Of a stretch of DNA of 64,000 nt, positions 60,126 to 64,000 are shown piece by piece. The notes under the pieces are model-generated. The model worked only from the letters and a program-made list of their open reading frames with translations, searched no databases and was not told the DNA's origin. Within the stretch, counting starts at the first letter, position 1. Every line of letters starts with the position of its first letter. Both the position numbers and the translations under genes were made by a program. This DNA is from Felis catus (taxonomy: Eukaryota). The DNA is taken from NCBI RefSeq assembly GCF_018350175.1, contig NC_058375.1:33728001-33792000 (forward strand), given 5' to 3'.

Positions 60126-60757
60126 TTTTATGTTTTGTCTTGCTCTGTGTTTTGGTTTGTTGTTAATAAGCTAGTTGTTTGTTTGTTTGTTTGTTTGTTT
60201 TCTCCAGGCTTCTAGTAATGTCTTAGCCCTTCAGAAAGTTCAGGGATGGTGGACTCAGGGCCCATAGCGTCCCCCGATAAAACAGCCCTGCCCCTACTCT
60301 TCTCACTTGTTACATTCTTTGGGTGCTTGCATCTGGTCTGGTAACATCAGCTGCCTCTGAATGACTCTGGGTCTCAAAAGGAGCCCCAGACCCATGAACC
60401 CAACCACTGCCCAGCTCTCTTTCCCTGGACAACCCATGGGTACCTCAGACTCACCAGCTGGAAAACTGGGGGCATCCACACCTCTCCCCCACCTGCTGCT
60501 ACTCCAGAATATCTTGTTTGAGCAAAAGTTACCACAACCCACGTTAGTAGCCTAGAAGTCATCCTCAGTCTCTCTCTCCCTCACTCCAAACACGTGGAAG
60601 TGGTCACATCTCTCTCACCTGACCCTTCCGGGTTCTTACCTCAGCAAAAGACTGGGGTGCATGTGGAGGCATTTCTACTTCGCTCTAATTAGGGCCTGAG
60701 GCCACCTCTCCAGCCTCTTCCCCCCCACCCCCAAGCCTCCTCACTTCCATCCGCACT

Positions 60758-60779
60758 GAGAGAGAGAGAGAGAGAGAGA
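60758..60779. repeat. (GA)n microsatellite
   Basis: Direct reading. Confidence 0.9.
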
Positions 60780-61333
60780 TAACTACCCTCTTCCTCCAAG
60801 CCCTCCTGACCCCACACCCCCACCCCTCCATCCTCCTGGAGCTACACTAAAAGTGAGTTCCATCCCACCATTCCCTCTGTAAAATCCTCAGTGGCCCCAC
60901 AGCTTCTGAATTGAGGTTTAAACCAGTCAGTACAGAAGACCCCTGTGATTCTGGCTCTGCTGCCCACCCAGCCCCATTGGGACTCCCCTCCCCAGCCACA
61001 CACTACTCCTTTAATAAATAGTTTAGTGCCCACTCTGTACCAGCCACACACTCCCTTCTGTCCCACCATGTCTAAATAGAATGGATTTCCTAAATACATC
61101 ACGCTATTCCCCCACTTCGGTACCATTGTTTCTTCTTCCAGAATTTCTCCCCCAACTTTCGGGCCTAATTAACAGTAGTCCACTGCAGCTCAGCTCTGCA
61201 GAGAAAATGTAATGTGATTCTCTAAACAAAAATTGCATATATTTAAGATGTACAACATGGTGTTTTGATATACATATACAGAGTGAGATGATTACAACGG
61301 TCAAGCTAAACTGCATACCCATCTCCTCAGTTA

Positions 61334-61335
<2 letters not shown>

Positions 61336-61372
<37 letters not shown>
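61336..61372. repeat. (GT)n microsatellite at the edge of an L1MA-like 3' fragment (61225-61335, -)
   Basis: About 18 GT units. Confidence 0.92.
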
Positions 61373-61373
<1 letters not shown>

Positions 61374-61584
61374 TGAGAGTACAGAAAACGTAATGTCTTC
61401 ATTTTGCTCATAACTAATCTAGTTTTCCTCTGGAGCTCCCAACCACTAATTTCAGGAATGCAAATTAACTGTCCAATTCTGTTTAAACTTGTTCCATTTC
61501 CCACAATTTAAATAATCCCTTCAGGCAACACTCAGGCTTTCTAGATCTCCTGGCTCTTGTCCCTTGGGCACGTGATTCATATGA

Positions 61585-62155
61585 TCCACTGGGACAAACT
61601 CAGGAAATATTAGAACTTGTATTTGTGCTAGAACTTGTATTTATGTTTACTTTTAGGCGTAAAGAAAAATTATACTGCTCATAGTATATAGAGACTATAT
61701 AAATGTACATGTATTAGGCGCATGCTCGGAAGGTTTTACTGGTAGGAGTCTGAGGTAAAAAATCACTTGGGAGACTACTGGTTCCTTCTGGCCTCTGCTC
61801 ATTTCCTACTGCCCTCCACCTAACTCACTGCACTGCAGTACTCTGGCCTTCTTGATGTTTCTCAAACTCACCAAGCTCACTCTCAGATTCTTCCCACCTG
61901 TCCTCACACAGCACATTCCCTCTCTTTGTTTGAAATTTTGCTCTAATATGTCTCCTTAGAGACGAGACACCCTCACCCCCCATCCCACCATCAACTCTCT
62001 ACCCGTGTAAAATACTTTACTGTTCTACATCTCACTTATTTTGGCCCAAATATTTATTTGTTTACTGTCTGCCACCACAAATAGAAGATCAGCACAGGAA
62101 CTTTCTCTGTTTATAGCCCTGTCTCCAGTGCACAGTAATTATGGGTTGAACGGAT
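61585..62155 (+). mobile_element. MER113-like hAT (about 61585-61781) followed by L2 3' fragment
   Basis: aaatgtacatgtattaggcgcatgctc...ggagactactgg; ctggccttcttgatgtttctcaaactcaccaagc. Confidence 0.55.
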
Positions 62156-62253
62156 GTCTGTGGATTCTGCACCTCTGTTTTCACATAGTCTTCTGATATA
62201 TCAGTGCGTGTCCAACCTTGTTTGGCTGCCTGGTATGTCTACATCCCTGTAGA

Positions 62254-62463
62254 CCACTGCTGTTTGAGAGAACCTTCTGTAATGATGAAAACGTTCTATA
62301 TCTATGCTGCCCAAAATGGTAGCCATTAGCCCCCTGTGGCTACTGAGCCCTTGAAATGTGGCTAGTGTGCCCATGGAATGGATTTCTAATTGGTATTTAA
62401 TTTCAAATATTCAAATTCAAGTAGCTACATGTGACTGGCGGCCACTATGCTGGACAGTGCCTC
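62254..62463. mobile_element. MER3 hAT-Charlie
   Basis: agaaccttctgtaatgatgaaaacgttcta...tgtggctactgagcccttgaaatgtggctagtg...tggacagtgc. Confidence 0.85.
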
Positions 62464-62630
62464 TCTGGATTGTGAGGTCCTTGCGGGCCTTATTCCCTGG
62501 TGCCCAGCACAATACCTGACATGCAGCAAACACTCAGAAAATGCTCAGCAGGTGTCTGGCCTAGGGTGGGTCGTCGAGACGGCAGGGTGTGAATGTTTTA
62601 ACATGAGCTTGTGATGCTGTTTTTCTCTAG

Positions 62631-62690
62631 TTCACACAATCACCAGAAAGCCCATGTCTTGGCATGATAACCTGGAGGAACCTGAAGATG
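62631..62690 (+). CDS. CFAP144: CFAP144/FAM183A coding exon 2 (60 nt; the gene continues beyond the window)
   Basis: Acceptor tgtttttctctAG|, donor GATG|GTAAGT. A phase-1 join to exon 1 gives (V)[19 protein letters not shown], the expected FAM183 continuation. Absent from the ORF track. Confidence 0.92.
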
Positions 62691-62949
62691 GTAAGTCCCA
62701 GGGCTTATGAACACCATTGAGATAGAGCACAGATACGCAGCTGGCTAGGGAGGCCTCTTGGGATAGCGGTACCTTAGGGCAACACTTTGATCATCTGAAA
62801 ATTGGGCTCATGCTCATGAAGCTCACTGGAGATTGGCATACTCAACCATACAGCAGGTTCATTAACTGCCAAGCCAAGAAAAATGCTCCTAATGGCTTTG
62901 ACACTGTATCCATTCATCCACTCACCAAACATCTTTGCTGTTACAAGCA

Positions 62950-63910
62950 GAGGTTCTGAAGTCATACTGAGTTCAAATCCTGATTCTGCCCCTCGTTAGC
63001 TGTGACTTTGGGCAGATTTGTTAACTTCTCAGAACCTATCTCTCAGGGTTGTTGTGAGAATAACAAAGTAATGCAAGTACTTAGAACAGTATCTGCGGGG
63101 TAGAGACCTCATACCATAGTGAAGGAGACAGATGAGGAAATTGAGAGTAAAAGTGAGGTGGCAACAACATAGAAAACAGGTGCCCTAGTCCAACAGTGGA
63201 GTTCTAGGAAGTCTTCTTGGAGGAGGTGGTAACATGGTGAGGTGGAGTAGGTCAGGTAAAGGAGACTGAAAGGACATTCTGAGTTATATGGAAAGGCACA
63301 GAAATGAGAGACTCCAGCACGGCCCAAGACCTGCGGGTAGTTTGGCGTGGCTGCAATATACAAGTGGGCGGGGCCACACTCAGGCAGGATGGAAGAGAAT
63401 TTGATGGAAAGCCTAATCCTTCCTGGCAAGCTCTCCTCCTCCCCTCTACCTTCTTAGAGTAGAATTTGATGGAGGAAAGACGCAAGGTTTATGTAGGAGG
63501 TCAGGGTAGGAAGGTGGGGGTGGGTAGGAGGAGGGAGGATCTCGTATCATAGTGAGACAGACAAGAGACTAATAGAGCAGCAGCAGAGGAATTACGCGTG
63601 CTATCTGTAGCCCAGCTAGAGGAAAGGAGAGGAGCTGGGGGCTTGCAGCAATAAGGAAAAGAGCAGGTGGTGAGGGGCCTGAGAGCCAAGCAGCAGTTGA
63701 TCGCTAACTGCTTATATTAAGGATAAGCTCAGCCCGATGCCAGCCCTTAATTAACATTCCTTCATCCATCCTCAGTCATCTTGCTGGGGTAGATATTTGC
63801 CTTCCATCTTACAGATGAGCAAAGTGAGGCCTGGAAAAGTTAAACCGCCTGTCAGGCCAGTAGTGGAAGGGCCAGGAATGCCTGACTACGAAGCCCAGGT
63901 TCTTCCCACG
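62950..63910. mobile_element. MIR (62950-63090 +), L2 (about 63110-63420 -) and MIR (63770-63910 -) in CFAP144 intron 2
   Basis: gttcaaatcctgattctgcc...ttagctgtgactttgggca; ccatcttacagatgagcaaagtgaggc. Confidence 0.65.
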
Positions 63911-64000
63911 GTCAAACCGCCTCTCTCAAATTGAGACTTAGTAGGGTAGAAATGGAAAAATGAAACTTTTAAAGTGCTCAAGCTGTGGAGTTACAAATAC

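Noticed and set aside
1-64000. CRISPR arrays, prokaryotic defence/retron systems, NUMTs, additional OR pseudogenes
   Set aside because: No regularly spaced repeat-spacer array, no operon-like ORF density, no mitochondrial-like sequence and no further OR motifs seen by eye. A tBLASTn with the three ORs would be needed to exclude very decayed fragments.

Overview
Mammalian genomic DNA from a cat-family carnivore, judged by abundant felid-type CAN-SINEs and carnivore L1s. It is not microbial: there are no CRISPR arrays, operons or rRNA/tRNA genes. The window holds three intact single-coding-exon class II olfactory receptor genes: OR-A 884-1831 (+), OR-B 19666-20604 (+) and OR-C 31886-30939 (-). 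They probably belong to the OR13P/OR10AK-type cluster that I recall lying beside FAM183A. It also holds the first two coding exons of the ciliary gene CFAP144/FAM183A (59245-59374 and 62631-62690, +), whose CpG-rich promoter carries a tandem pair of RFX X-box-like sites. The rest is mostly transposon debris: about 25 CAN-SINEs (many with readable TSDs), a 5-kb 5'-truncated L1 with nested SINEs, and MLT1/MER21/ERVL, L2, MIR and hAT elements. There are six N gaps. I cannot support a genuinely new biological system here. The best leads are (i) a 52/54-nt identical tract between two otherwise divergent ORs (possible gene conversion), (ii) non-canonical OR motifs in OR-B, (iii) candidate O/E plus homeodomain promoters and non-coding exons for the ORs, (iv) an unexplained open, phase-symmetric 207-nt exon-like unit at 50520-50726, and (v) several templated-insertion or fold-back repair scars. 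Repeat family names come from recalled consensus sequences and need RepeatMasker/Dfam confirmation.
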